NCBI GenBank assembly: GCA_002700845.1
Contig: PAFA01000062.1
Span: 1-63,575 of the forward strand
Direction: 5' to 3'
From: Phycisphaerae bacterium
GTDB taxonomy: Bacteria > Planctomycetota > Phycisphaerae > Phycisphaerales > SM1A02
DNA: 63,575 nt
In this document: piece by piece, positions 11,857 to 23,600 of the stretch
How the letters are laid out: each line of letters starts with the position of its first letter
Numbering within the stretch: the stretch's first letter is position 1
The notes under the pieces: model-generated
What the model was told of the DNA's origin: nothing
Database searches by the model: none
The model's input: only the letters and a program-made list of their open reading frames with translations
Position numbers and translations under genes: made by a program

Positions 11857-12378
11857 ATGCGTCGCGCCTTCAGCTTGATCGAATTGCTTATTGCTATTGC
11901 CATCCTCGTTGCCATTGGTGCGTTGGTCGCCCAGAGTCTCTCTGGCACCAAAGCTGAGGCCGACCTCGACCTAACCAAGGCTGATTTGAGCACCTTTGGT
12001 CGCTCACTCGAGCGTTTTGAGATTCACATGAATCGCGTGCCAAGTGAAGAGGAGGGTGTCGCCGCCCTCTGGTCATCCTCGGCTTTGGAGGATGAAGATG
12101 ATGCCGAGAACTGGCGTGGCCCCTATGTCACCAAGCCAATTCCAGAAGATCGATGGGGTACTGAGTGGCGTTACGCCGCGCCCAGTGAACTTGTCGAAGG
12201 CATGTTGTATGACATTGTCTCGGCCGGTCCGGATAGAGAATTTGACACCGAAGATGACCTGCACAATCACATGGCGATTGTGAATGCCGACGGAGAACTT
12301 CGTGAGGGGATGGAAGACTTCGGCGGCAGCGATGACTTTGGTCTGGGCGGTGACTTCGGATCCGGCGACGGCGAATGA
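11857..12378 (+). CDS. gspG: major pseudopilin GspG-like
   Basis: Prepilin leader MRRA|FSLIELL; P-S-E-EG, WRGPY, DRWG..WRY and the Ca-binding loop SAGPD..DTEDD. Confidence 0.88.
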   Translation: MRRAFSLIELLIAIAILVAIGALVAQSLSGTKAEADLDLTKADLSTFGRSLERFEIHMNRVPSEEEGVAALWSSSALEDEDDAENWRGPYVTKPIPEDRWGTEWRYAAPSELVEGMLYDIVSAGPDREFDTEDDLHNHMAIVNADGELREGMEDFGGSDDFGLGGDFGSGDGE

Positions 12379-12818
12379 TTTCGCGGGCCTTTGGCCGCGC
12401 CTTCACGCTCTTTGAAGTGTTGCTGGCGCTGGTTCTTTTGGTGGCTCTTTCGTCCTTGGTCGTTGGGGTCCTGCTTCGCTCTGATCGTGACCACGACCTC
12501 CTTCAGGTCCAATTGAATGCGTTGGTGGACATATCTTGCGCTCGCGCAGAGCAAAGGCGAGAGACACTTTCGGTGTGGGGACAGTCCAGTTCGGTGTTCG
12601 TCAAGACGCGCTCCGAGCAGGATGACGTCTCGCCAGTGATTTACACGAGGAAACTACCTGGCCTATTGACGTGGGATGTTCCCGTTGAATTGGCCATCAT
12701 TGCCCCGGACGGTACGGTCTTGTCGCGTGAATCTGGACAGTTGGTTGACGGTCACTTGGTTCAACTTGGTGCCGTGAATGGTCAGGTTCAAATTCTTCTG
12801 CCGGAGCAGCGGCCGTGA
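12375..12818 (+). CDS. minor pseudopilin (GspH-like)
   Basis: RA|FTLFEVLLAL N-methylation leader; ATGA overlap with gspG. Confidence 0.7.
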   Translation: MISRAFGRAFTLFEVLLALVLLVALSSLVVGVLLRSDRDHDLLQVQLNALVDISCARAEQRRETLSVWGQSSSVFVKTRSEQDDVSPVIYTRKLPGLLTWDVPVELAIIAPDGTVLSRESGQLVDGHLVQLGAVNGQVQILLPEQRP

Positions 12819-13255
12819 GACTCGGCGTGCTGCTGCTTGAAGTGTTGCTCGCGTTGGCGCTGTTTCTTGCCGTGGTTGGTCTTGGTTTCTCCGCTATTGA
12901 ATCGGGACAAAGTTCAGTTCGGCAGGGTCGCCGCGAAGCTCAAGCCGTTGATTTGGCTCTTTCCCGTTTGGCTGAACTTGAAGCTGGCATCCTGCCTTGG
13001 CCAGAACTTCGCGACGATCCTGACCAGCCGATCGGTACCGCCGCTGATTTTGACACCCCTTTTCGCCCGGACGGTTTTTTGGTTCAGGTTGAAAGGCAGC
13101 GATCCGTACCTGGTTTGGTTCGCGTGTCAATAAAGGTTCAAGAGGCGAATGACCCCGATGGGCCATTTCTTGCACGTATTGAGCGCTTGATTGAGGTTCG
13201 TCCTGATGACCCGGAAGCATTTGAATCCGACGACCTTTTTGGGGATGCTCCGTGA
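12815..13255 (+). CDS. minor pseudopilin (GspI-like)
   Basis: MRLG|VLLLEVLLAL leader; A..LA.SRL.EL and GL.RV.I.V patterns; position in the cluster. Confidence 0.7.
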   Translation: MRLGVLLLEVLLALALFLAVVGLGFSAIESGQSSVRQGRREAQAVDLALSRLAELEAGILPWPELRDDPDQPIGTAADFDTPFRPDGFLVQVERQRSVPGLVRVSIKVQEANDPDGPFLARIERLIEVRPDDPEAFESDDLFGDAP

Positions 13256-13896
13256 ACCGGGGCCTCACCTTGCTGGAAATGTTGATCGCGCTTGCGCTGA
13301 TTTTAGCGCTTACCGTTGCGGTAGGAAGGTTTGCAGAGTCGTATCGAAGTGGTCGAGACTTTGCTATCGAGGAAGCTTCTCGAGACCGAGAGATCGACGC
13401 CATGTTTGGGCGTATGGCCAAAGCTTTTGCGTCGGCTGATGCGAGTGTTGGGGGGGTGGTTGGTCAGCATGATGGAATCGTCATCGCGCATCGTGGAAGT
13501 GTCCTTCCCGCCGCAGGATCGAGTGGTTCTGCCCTCGATTTACTATCGGATTTCAGTCGGTACGAGTTTCGTATTGAAAGTGATATCCAAGAAACTTTTT
13601 TTTCTGGTTCTGCGCAAACCGATGTTTCGTGGGTCAGTTCGTTGTCGGTTGTAGAACTTCGGTATCACGACGGTACGAATTGGCTGGACTCATGGAAGAG
13701 CAACACCGGACTTCCCTTGGCAATCGAGTGCAAAATTTGGATTGATTTTGACCCTGATCCAGAAACCTTTGAAACAGCAGAGGGTGCTGTCGAGGCAGAC
13801 ACACCTCCTATTGATAAGGATGATTGGCCGCGGCCGGATCGACATCGTATTTTTGCGCCGGTTGATCCCGTCATTGCCGCGGGGGGCGCATCATGA
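13252..13896 (+). CDS. minor pseudopilin (GspJ-like)
   Basis: MNRG|LTLLEML leader; C-terminal LRYHDG.NW.DSW...LPLAIE motif typical of GspJ. Confidence 0.78.
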   Translation: MNRGLTLLEMLIALALILALTVAVGRFAESYRSGRDFAIEEASRDREIDAMFGRMAKAFASADASVGGVVGQHDGIVIAHRGSVLPAAGSSGSALDLLSDFSRYEFRIESDIQETFFSGSAQTDVSWVSSLSVVELRYHDGTNWLDSWKSNTGLPLAIECKIWIDFDPDPETFETAEGAVEADTPPIDKDDWPRPDRHRIFAPVDPVIAAGGAS

Positions 13897-15200
13897 AGCC
13901 TGGCGTGGTCTTGCCTGTGGTTTTACTGATAGGCATCAGTGTTTTGTTGTCGGCAGTTGGCCTGTTTGCGTTGTCGGTCCCAGCGGCTGAGCGGGGTTGG
14001 CAACGAAATCAAATTGCTCAGCGTGAGGCTGATGTTCGTTCGGCACTGGAGTTACTGCGGGTTCATATTGGCCGGCAACGCGAATCGGTTTTGCTTGGGT
14101 CGGCACCTGATGTTGAGCCGTCTTGGATTCTTCGTGAGGCTCCAAACGGCTTGGTGGTCTTGCGACCAATCGATGCAGATCCCACAGGAGTATGTTCCCC
14201 GCTTCGTGCCGAGTCGGGTCGTCTTGATATTCGTGTGACTCCTGAGTCGTGGTGGGCGTCTGTGCCAGAATTCAATGCCATCGCTCCTAATCTCGCAAAG
14301 GTAAGGGGCTCAACTTCGGTTCGATCCTTACTTGGGGCCGGTGTCACCCCTGAGGATTACGCGACCGTCGAGCCTCTTCTCACCGTGCACGCGGAGGGTC
14401 CTGAACTTCAACTGGATGGTCGGCAACGAATCAAGTTGGGTGCGATCTGGAACGATGACATTGCGGCACGTGTGACAGATCGGTTTGGCCAAGGCGCTGC
14501 GGATGCTTTGGCAGACCTGTACGCCAGTGATCGGGTCCCACAGGACTTGAGCGGTATGGTTCGTGTTCTTCAATTTTTCAAAGTCCCGGTTGAGGATTGG
14601 AGTGAGATCCTGGATGGGTTTTCCTACCAAGGGGATGTTGCACGTGGTCGTATTGATTTGAACACAGCCCCGGAAGTGGTCTTGTCAGCTGTGCCAGGAA
14701 TTGGATTGGCCGCCGGTCAGATTGTTGCGACTCGAGCCAGTCTTTCTGCTCAAGAACGATCCACCATCGTGTGGCCGGTCCTTCGGGACATTATTTCCTC
14801 TGAAGATTTTGATGAATGCGCTTCGTACCTCACGACCCGTTCGTTCCGATGGCGTGTTGATTTTGAGGTAGGCCTCGTTGAAGAGGATGGAGAAGATTTT
14901 GTTTCCCCGCCCGATCGTGTGAGCTGCGTCATCGATTTGGGAACCCCCCGTCCGAGTTTGGCGTCATGGCGTCCAATGAATGTGGATCAGACGGTCCAAT
15001 TCTTGGTGGGTGAGCGCCGGACAGAAGATGGGGAAGATGAAGAAGATGACGAACGTGACGAACGTCCGTTGCCCGCCTCGCGCCAAACATCACCTGATGT
15101 GCCTTCTCGATCCCGGTCAACCGAAGAACCAGAATTTCAGCTTGATGTGCCCGCGGGAGCGACTCGAGCACCTTCGCGGAGTCGGCCTCCGAATGCGTAG
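13893..15200 (+). CDS. minor pseudopilin GspK-like
   Basis: MKPG|VVLPVV leader lacking Glu5 (a GspK hallmark); ESGRLDI, GRIDLNTAPEVVLSAVPGIG, LTTRS..W.V. Confidence 0.8.
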   Translation: MKPGVVLPVVLLIGISVLLSAVGLFALSVPAAERGWQRNQIAQREADVRSALELLRVHIGRQRESVLLGSAPDVEPSWILREAPNGLVVLRPIDADPTGVCSPLRAESGRLDIRVTPESWWASVPEFNAIAPNLAKVRGSTSVRSLLGAGVTPEDYATVEPLLTVHAEGPELQLDGRQRIKLGAIWNDDIAARVTDRFGQGAADALADLYASDRVPQDLSGMVRVLQFFKVPVEDWSEILDGFSYQGDVARGRIDLNTAPEVVLSAVPGIGLAAGQIVATRASLSAQERSTIVWPVLRDIISSEDFDECASYLTTRSFRWRVDFEVGLVEEDGEDFVSPPDRVSCVIDLGTPRPSLASWRPMNVDQTVQFLVGERRTEDGEDEEDDERDERPLPASRQTSPDVPSRSRSTEEPEFQLDVPAGATRAPSRSRPPNA

Positions 15201-16656
15201 GATGTCTTTCGTGCGATTAAGACGTGAGACATCACTGGTGGCCTTAGAGCTCCGCCCAGAAGGGGGGCGAGGCCTCCATATCAAGATGGAGGGCCGTGGT
15301 GATGACGCTCACTTTGAGTTGGGTGATACGTTTGAGTTGCCCCCATTTGCGTTCGGTGATCCGGAGGCGGTAGGGATGCTGGCTGAGGCCATCGCGGACC
15401 AACCGCCGGGGCCGCTGTTGCTGGCCTTACCCCGGGAGGAATCGGTCCTTCGTCGATTGGATTTGCCCACCACAGAGCCTGATGAATTGCTCACCGTTGC
15501 TCGGTTCCGTTTGCTGCAAGAGGCGCAATTGGATGAATCTGGTGCGGCTGTTGATTACTTGCCGATCCAATCTACAGAAGCAACAACTGCGGCCATCGTC
15601 GTTGGGGCAAGTGGGCCCGTCATGCAAATGGGTTTGGAACTTGCAGCCGCATGCGGCCGGCGAATCGCTGGGGTTTCGCTGCGGGTTTTGGGTTTGCCAG
15701 ATCTCTTGGACGCTTCGGAGGGTTCACCCTCTCTGGCAATAGATCTGACTCGTGGCCCATCGTTGGCTGTTGTTGTAGATGGTGTGGTTCATCGGGTTGG
15801 GGCATCGAGTGACGCCATTGAGGATGTGGAGCGCGAGACCATTCGACTGGTCTCTGCTTGGCGAATGACGGAGGCGCAGCCGGTTGCTCAAATTGTTGTT
15901 TCGGGGCCACATGAGGTTGCTGAACATCTGATCGGCCGATTGCGCTCGGCGTTGGGCTTGTCCGTTCAACATGTCGCTGCACCCCTAGACACAGAACTTT
16001 CGTTGGGAGTTGAGCACTCGGACGGGACACCCTGGGGTTTGGTTGGTCTTGGGCGTGCGCATTTGCTCTCTCACGATCGAATCGACCTGAAGCATCCACG
16101 TGCTCCCGAGGATCGAGCGGCCCCTCGGCGGCGAAAAGCAATGTTGTTCTCGGGAGTGTTGTTGGTCCTGTTCGCTTGGATATGGACGTCGGGAACCGCT
16201 GAATTGAAGGAGATTCAAATCCGCACCAACAAGATTCGGATGCAGTTGTCCCAGCAAACCAAGGCTGAAGCCGAAGCAACACGACAGATGCTCCGTCAAA
16301 AGCATGCCACTGAATGGCTTTCAGTTTCTCCAGATTATGTCTCCGAGTTGCAGTCTATTTCCGAGGTTGTCCCCGATGACGGGCGTGCGGTCTTGGGATC
16401 ATGGCGAGCATCATTGGTATTTGATGGTGTGGTTTATGACTCCAAAGCGCCAACGAGTGAGAGATGGAACCGTTCGTATCGACTTCGATTCGTAATGACA
16501 GGTGAGGCTCAGGACCGAGCGGTCGCTGACAGCATTCGGGCCGCGCTGGTGGATGGAGATCAGTTCCGAATTGAAACCAGTGGGGCGGAAGCGGCAAAGG
16601 GAAAGAGGTTGCCACGAGCATTTACGTATGAACTTGGTCGGGAGAGTGCCCGATGA
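15193..16656 (+). CDS. GspL/PilM-PilN-like assembly-platform protein
   Basis: N-terminal actin-like region (LALPREESVLRRLDLP), IDL..P before one TM helix, coiled coil, then a ferredoxin-like periplasmic end (MTGEAQD). Start placed at the ATG overlapping the gspK stop. Confidence 0.7.
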   Translation: MRRMSFVRLRRETSLVALELRPEGGRGLHIKMEGRGDDAHFELGDTFELPPFAFGDPEAVGMLAEAIADQPPGPLLLALPREESVLRRLDLPTTEPDELLTVARFRLLQEAQLDESGAAVDYLPIQSTEATTAAIVVGASGPVMQMGLELAAACGRRIAGVSLRVLGLPDLLDASEGSPSLAIDLTRGPSLAVVVDGVVHRVGASSDAIEDVERETIRLVSAWRMTEAQPVAQIVVSGPHEVAEHLIGRLRSALGLSVQHVAAPLDTELSLGVEHSDGTPWGLVGLGRAHLLSHDRIDLKHPRAPEDRAAPRRRKAMLFSGVLLVLFAWIWTSGTAELKEIQIRTNKIRMQLSQQTKAEAEATRQMLRQKHATEWLSVSPDYVSELQSISEVVPDDGRAVLGSWRASLVFDGVVYDSKAPTSERWNRSYRLRFVMTGEAQDRAVADSIRAALVDGDQFRIETSGAEAAKGKRLPRAFTYELGRESAR

Positions 16657-17591
16657 AATCGCGCTTCGTTGTTGCTGGCATCGTGGCGGTTCCACTTTTG
16701 CTGTTCTTGGCATATCGATCCTGGTGGTCCATCCCTGTGGCCCAAGCGGAAGCAGAGCTCATTTCCTACACCGAAAGGTTGGCGAGGGCTCAGGCTGAAG
16801 TTCGTAGAGGAAAATTAGCGACTGAGGCTCTGGAAGAGCTTCGAACGCGCACACTGGGCGGTGACGAAGAGACGGTGGACCACCGAGTTCGGACACAATT
16901 AAACCGCTTGCTTGAGTCGCTTGATGTTGCTGAGGCATCTGTGACAACCACAGAACCAAAAATCATGGAGACCCCAGCGCGATCTGCATTGGGTAAGGCC
17001 TCGGCCTCCCTTCGTCGATTGCGTGACGAACCAGATTTTGCCACGTTGGAGGTCAAAATTGGCGGTGTGGCCTCGGTCGCCAATGCCATGCGCTTGCTGA
17101 CAGAGTTGCGTGCGCAAACTTGGCCTTGTCGAATCGACGATGTCCGGCTTGACCCACTTGGTGATGGAGCCCGTCTTCGGTTTGCCATCCGCTGCACCAC
17201 GATGTTCCTTTTGGGGCCTGATTCGGGGGAGCCGACGTTGTCTGGTGCCTCTGAGGGCGCTTTGGCAGCATTTGCTGACTTCGCCAATTCCAATCCATTT
17301 GCTTTGCCCAGGCGGTCACCCAAGCCAGCCCCGGCTCAAGCATCAGGAAAGACCAAGAGGCCACCTCCATCGCCGTCATTTCCTTACGAGCGCTGGCGAT
17401 TGACAGGTGTGGCTGAGCTTTCAGGTGCATTGGAGACGTGGTGGGTGCGTCCTGATGGCAATACGGTGGTTCTGCGGCATGGTGCGACTATTGGCCAAGC
17501 GACCATCGCATTCATTGAGCCTGAAGCCGTGATTTTGCAGCGTTCGGGTCGTGAACTTCGCGTTGAAATTGGTCGCGCTATTCCACGCTAA
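16653..17591 (+). CDS. GspM/PilO-like protein with a C-terminal GspC-HR/PilP-like domain
   Basis: N-terminal TM and coiled coil, PilO-like core, Pro-rich linker, then WRLTGV...GATIGQATIAFIEPEAVIL. Confidence 0.6.
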   Translation: MKSRFVVAGIVAVPLLLFLAYRSWWSIPVAQAEAELISYTERLARAQAEVRRGKLATEALEELRTRTLGGDEETVDHRVRTQLNRLLESLDVAEASVTTTEPKIMETPARSALGKASASLRRLRDEPDFATLEVKIGGVASVANAMRLLTELRAQTWPCRIDDVRLDPLGDGARLRFAIRCTTMFLLGPDSGEPTLSGASEGALAAFADFANSNPFALPRRSPKPAPAQASGKTKRPPPSPSFPYERWRLTGVAELSGALETWWVRPDGNTVVLRHGATIGQATIAFIEPEAVILQRSGRELRVEIGRAIPR

Positions 17592-17658
17592 ACCCAAACG
17601 GTCCGATAGACTCTAAACACCGGCGGAGCCGGTAGACGCAGCCACACGGAGGTGGAAT

Positions 17659-20600
17659 TTGTCAACATCACCGCGCACATTCTTGGCCCCTTTGCTTCTT
17701 GGCGGATTGGTGGTCGCCAGTCCGTTGTTGGCCGCCGCCCCCAGGGCAAATATGGTGACGCTTGAGGACGGCCCGGCTCTGCCAGAATCCTCCGAGCCGG
17801 TCATCACTTTTTCATTCAAAGAAGCGACCTTCGAACAGGTGGTGGATTTCTTTGGCCGTGCCGCCGGTCTGCCCGTGGTTTGGGAGGCTTCGCCTCCGCC
17901 CGGAACACTTCGGTATCAAAGCGATCGGACGTATGGCGTTGACGATGGACTGCAAGTTCTGAACACCATTCTTCAGGCCAAGGGTGTGATGTTGCGGCGT
18001 CGCGAAGACATGCTGTACTTGCAGCCCCTCGCAGAGATGGCCAAGCGTGATGTGCCTACGTTTGTTGGCTCGTTGCCCGACAGTGTTACGGACGATGAAG
18101 TCGTCACGCTGGTTCTGCCTTTGCGTATCGCGTCGGCCAGTGCATTGGTGGAGCAACTTCGTGGTTTGGTTGCAGGTTACGGGTCGGTCTCAGCGCTCCC
18201 ACAACAGAATGCATTGGTGGTGGTGGAGACGGCAGCTCAAGTCCGTCGCCTGGCGGGAATGGTGGCGTCTTTCGATGCCCAAGACACTGATGGTGTCGTG
18301 CGCATCATCAAACTTCAGCACGTTGGTGCGAATGAAATCATGGGGCCACTGCGTTCTTTACTCGCTGTTCGCGTGGAGAGGTACGTTGTTGACGCTAAGG
18401 GCAAGCAAGTCAAAGTTGAAGACGAGCAAATTCCAGGGATCACATTTAGTCCTGATCCACGAACCAACAGTTTGATAATCAAGGGGGGGGAGGCCCAAAT
18501 TGCAAAGCTTGAAGAAGCGGTTCGCTTGCTGGACGTCCCAACTGACCGCAGTTCAGGCCGCCGTACGTTTTCTCTCGAAAACAGCACGCCTCAGGACCTG
18601 ATTCGTGCGTTGGGTCCCTTTGTGAATCAGTTGCCAAGGGACAAGCGGCCACGTTTATTGCCGATTGCGGTAACGAACAGACTTTTTGCTACTGGTAACG
18701 ACGCGGTACTTGAAGAACTGGCGGGCCTGGTTGCCGAGTATGACGGGGGCGGCGTCAAGGTTCCCCAGGAAGACGGAGCTCCTGCGATCGAGGTGATCTC
18801 TCTCGATGCGGTTCGTGCTTCAGACATCCTGCCGCAAATTCGAGGTGTGCTTTCCATCCGTCAGCAGCAAGTGCTTCGTATGGTTGCGGGCCCAGAAGAT
18901 CGCACCTTGATCCTGGCTGGGCCAAGAGCAGATGTCGAGGCCGTCAAAGAGGTGCTCCCCGTCTTCGACAAGTTGCGAGCTGGCGAGCGAGATATCGTCA
19001 TTCTTCCCCTGCGGGGTCCCGATGCCCAGTCGAGCGTGGAGCGTGCCCTGGATTTGGCTCGTGACCGACTGGCCGGCCGAGCTATCTCTGCGGCAGATCA
19101 GACGATCGAAGCCATATTCGATTCAACACAGGGCGCTGTACGCATCGAAGCAACACGTGTGGGCGTTGATGCATTTCGGGCGGCTCTGGATGAACTTGAT
19201 CAAATTCCGCTGGTGGCGCCCAGCGTCCGTCAAGTTCCTGTTCAGTACGGTGAGGCCTCTGAGGTTGCTTCTGACCTTGCCGCCCTCCTGCAAATGCTTT
19301 CGGAAGTTCACGGAAGACGCCCAGCGGAAGTCTCGGCCGTATCTGCGATCAATTCGTTGCTCTTGACTGGTTCGACGGAAGCTGTTGCTGAAGCCGAATC
19401 ATTGCTCTTGAAGGTTGATCTTCCAAGGCCCGGCGAGCAACTGGTGCGAACCGTTTCGGTAAAAGGCGTCGCTGATCCGGAAGAGTTGCTTGAGGAGGCG
19501 CGTGGGTTCTTTGATATTTTGGCGGTTGGCGCCGGTATGGCTGACGCAAAGGTTGAGGCCTCCTACAAGGACGAGGCTGAAGTGATTGTGCTGTCTGGTT
19601 CTGCGAAGGCTGTACAGCGCATGGAAGAAGCGCTCCAGCAAGCCCGATCAGCCATGCCTGCTGAAGATGTCCGTCGTGTCATCGCTGTTCAGCGTGGGGA
19701 TGCTGAGGAGGTGGCGGACCGTCTTCGGAACGCGCTGGATGAATATCCAACCGCGCCTGGTGAAACCATCAATCCCCTTGATATCTCCGTACTTTCGGTG
19801 ACAAACGAGTTGGTTCTGCGAGGACCCGAGGAATGGGTTGAAACCGGCGTGGCATTGTTGTCAAGAGTGGACCGCTTGAACGATGGGCCCTTGCCTCCTC
19901 TGCGTTTGCTTGGGGTGCGAAACACCGACGCGTCCACAGTTGCTGATCTCTTGCGTCGTCGATTTGATGCTCGGGGTGCAGACGAGCGGCGTTCGGACCC
20001 CGTCGACATTGATGTCGCCGATGGTGCCAATGTTCTGATTGTCACGGCATCAGAGGAGCGTCAAGTCGAAATCAAAGGCTTGGTCGATGAACTCAATGCC
20101 TTTGGTGGCGCTGACCGTGAGGGCCGGGTCATTCGGATCTTCCCGCTGAAAACAGCTCAGGCCGAAGAACTCGCCCGCACGCTCGATGAGATGTTCCCTG
20201 AGAAGCCTGTGCCTCTTGATCGGCGTGGCCGGCCCATGACCGAACTCCGGGAGCCCCGAGACGTTGTGGTTCGGGCGAACCGCCAGACCAATTCGCTGAT
20301 TGTTGATGCATTGGCCGACCGGATGAGCTCGTTTGAAGAGCTGGTGCGGCAACTTGACCGCGAGCAAGTGCGGACCGAAACCTCAATTCGAACTTATCGA
20401 CTGAATGACGCTGATCCGGAACGTGTGGCCGCATCCCTACGAGAACTGTCTGCACAAGGGGTGTTGAATTCAGCGGGAGGTGATCGGCGTGTCCCCGTAA
20501 ATGTGTCGGTTGAGGAGGCGACAAAGTCACTCATTGTCTCTGGGCCAGAAGAAGCCTTCGCAAGAATTGAATCTTTGATCGAAAACTTGGATGTTGCGCC

Positions 20601-23600
20601 CCCTCGGGCAGCAACAGAACTTCGATTTTTCCAGCTGAAGCATGCGCAGGCGGATCGAATGGCTCAAATGTTCCGGCCAATTCTGCAAGCGCGTTTGCAG
20701 GAACTGATGCCAGAGCTAAAAGATCAGCGGGGGGCTCTGGAAGTTACAGCAGCGCCGGAGACCAACACCTTGATTGTTTCTGCTCCGGTGGAATTGCAAG
20801 GGGTTGCTCAAGAGTTGGTTGACCGTCTTGATCGCCTGGCTCACGCCGGCCGCCGAACCTTCCGTACCCAGCGACTGGACCCATCGATTGCCGATGCGGA
20901 AGAGATTGCTCGTAACTTACGCCGTCTCCTGGAACGCGAGGGTGGGCCCAGGGTGCGTGTGGTCACACTAGAAGAATTACTTTCTGAGCAAGAGGATTCG
21001 CCGGACAAAAAAAATCCCAAATCAATCGGTGAAGGGGGGATCAGCGCACGGTCACTTCCCGGCATGATTGCGGCCTCGGCTCTTGGACTTTCCTCCAATC
21101 CTGACGACGGCGATCTTGCCCAGGATGATGTGGACTTGATCGTTGCGGTTGACGCTGCAACCAATTCCTTGGTGTATTTGGGTTCCCCAGAGTCGATCAA
21201 GTCTGCGACAGAGCTGGTCAACGAGCTTGCGGCGGAACTCCCTCCACCTCCGGTTGAAATTTTGAGCATTGATCTTCCGGATTCAATAAACCCGAACGCG
21301 TTGGTCAATTTGCTTCAAGACGCACTGCTCCAGTTGGATGTTGCGGGAGCGACCAGTAGGGCGCAAAGGATTGGGATCCTTTCAAATGTTGAGAACAATG
21401 CAATCGTGGTCACAGGGACTGAATCCGATTTACAGTTGGTGACACGGCTGTTGTCGGCGATTGCGAAGCCGGAGAGTGGTTCACCGCGTGAGGCTCGTGT
21501 ATTTCGGCTTGAAAACACCGATGCCGACAACGCGGTTGCGGCGATTTATACCCTGGTCGGGAAAGAAATCAGGGGCTTCTTTCGCTCACGTTCTCGAGAC
21601 GAGCAACCCAAATCGGTGACGCTTAGTTATGCCGGTTTTGATCCGGTTTCAATTCGAAGTGATCAAGTTGACGCCACGGCTGATTGGTCCTCCGGGACCG
21701 TAATGGTGACTGCTCCAGTTAAAGCTTTGCCCATTCTGTCCGCATTCATTGCCGACCTCGATCAGCAGGAAGATGGCACCGCTACGGCAGTAAAGTCGTT
21801 CCGCTTGGAATTTGCCCAGGCTGAGGGTATTCAAAAAACCATTCTTCCGATTGTGAGTAGCCAGTTTGCGTCGATTGATCGATACGGTGGTCAGCGCAAT
21901 GCTGCATTGGAGATTCGTGCGGATGCGAGAACCAACACTTTGGTTGTTGCTGGAAGCGAAGAGCAGATTCAGGCGGTCTCGGGTCTGGTGGACATTTTGG
22001 ACGTCTCAGACGAGGCCGAGGGTCTCCGTCAGCGCAAAATAGAATTGGTTCGAGTTCTCGAAGCAGAACCCACTACTGTCGCAAGAGCGCTGCGAGAGCA
22101 ATTCCCCCGTGGACGAGGCAATGAGCTCACGGTGACGGTTGACCCTCGAACGCGGAGCATCGCGATTGGGGGGACAGAGGGGGTCCTGAGTCAGGTGCGT
22201 GAACTGGTCGCGATGCTTGACCAGCCCGAGGCGGCGGAAGAAACAATTCTCCAAACTTTCCGTTTGGATGAGGGTCGTGCCGAAGAGGCGGTCCGTTTGC
22301 TGACCGCATCATTGGGACTCGATGCGCAAGGTCGAACCACTGGAACGGCGGTCCTTGCCGAGGGTTCCGATCAAGCTGTTCTGGTCCGGGCTCGTATCGT
22401 CGCTGATCGCCGTACAAATGCGGTCGTGGTGAATGCCACGCAAGAATCCATGCCAATTATCGAGCGTCTGCTGGAGGATATTTCCGCAGCTCCACCCAAG
22501 CCGATGCGCGAGTTCCATGTTGTGCAACTCGAACACGCGATGGCCGATGACGTTGTCTACACGTTGCAGCGAATTTCAGATCGCGGAACTCGAGATGAGC
22601 CAGGCCCGAGTTTCGACTTTGAACGCGATGCAAACCGGGTCATTGTTCGTGCAACCACTGATCAGTGGCAAAATATCCAAGAAGTCATTGGCAGTCTCGA
22701 TCGTCCAGTCGACAACCCGTTGCTCACAGAAATTGTTTCGTTGCAGTGGTCAGAAGCAAAGCAGGTGCGTGAGGCTCTGGGGATCTTTTACGGTACCTAT
22801 GCCTATGCGGCCACGACTCCTGCTCAACGGTCGGTTTCGATTGTCGCTGACCCAAGCACCGGAAGTCTGGTGATCTCTGCACCAGAGGGTGAATGGGACA
22901 GTATTCGCTCTCTGATTTCAAAACTAGACCGTGAAGAGAACGACGCTTCGCTTCAACTCCGTTCGTTTACGCTGGATCATGCTGATGCCCGCGCGGTCGC
23001 CCGCGCTATCAACGAAGCTTTTGCTGGGGAGCTGACTGGCCGAAACCAACGCGGGGGGCAACCCTCTCGGAACGGGCGTGATGATCGAGAAGCGCCGCCG
23101 GCTGTTTTGGTTGAAGCAAATGAATGGGTTCGGGCCAGTGCTGAAACAGAAACCAACAGTGTGGTCGTTGCGGCCAACCGAAACCGAATGGAGAAAATTG
23201 CTGAGATTGTGATTTCTCTAGACACCGCTGGTGAAGAGGCTCAGGGGGGTGTGGTTGAAGTTATTCGTATTGCGTCAGCAAGTTCTGCGGTGATCGCCGA
23301 TGAACTTCGTCGCACGTTTAACCCTATTGCGAAGCGTCGAAACCAGCCCCTTTCTATCCAAGCCTCAGTTGCGTCCAATGCCCTCATTGTTTCTGCCCCT
23401 CCCCCTCTTATGGAGCGAATCGAACAAACGGTGGCGGCGTTGGAGGCTTCAGCGCCGATCGATGGTGAGTCTGTGTTGATCATTGACCTGGATCACGTCT
23501 CGCCTCAGGATGCTCAACGCTTCTTGAATAGTGTTGGTGCGGGAGGTGGCAAGGATGCAGCCGGTCGAAATTTCCGTGAGCCGCTTCGGATATCACCGGT

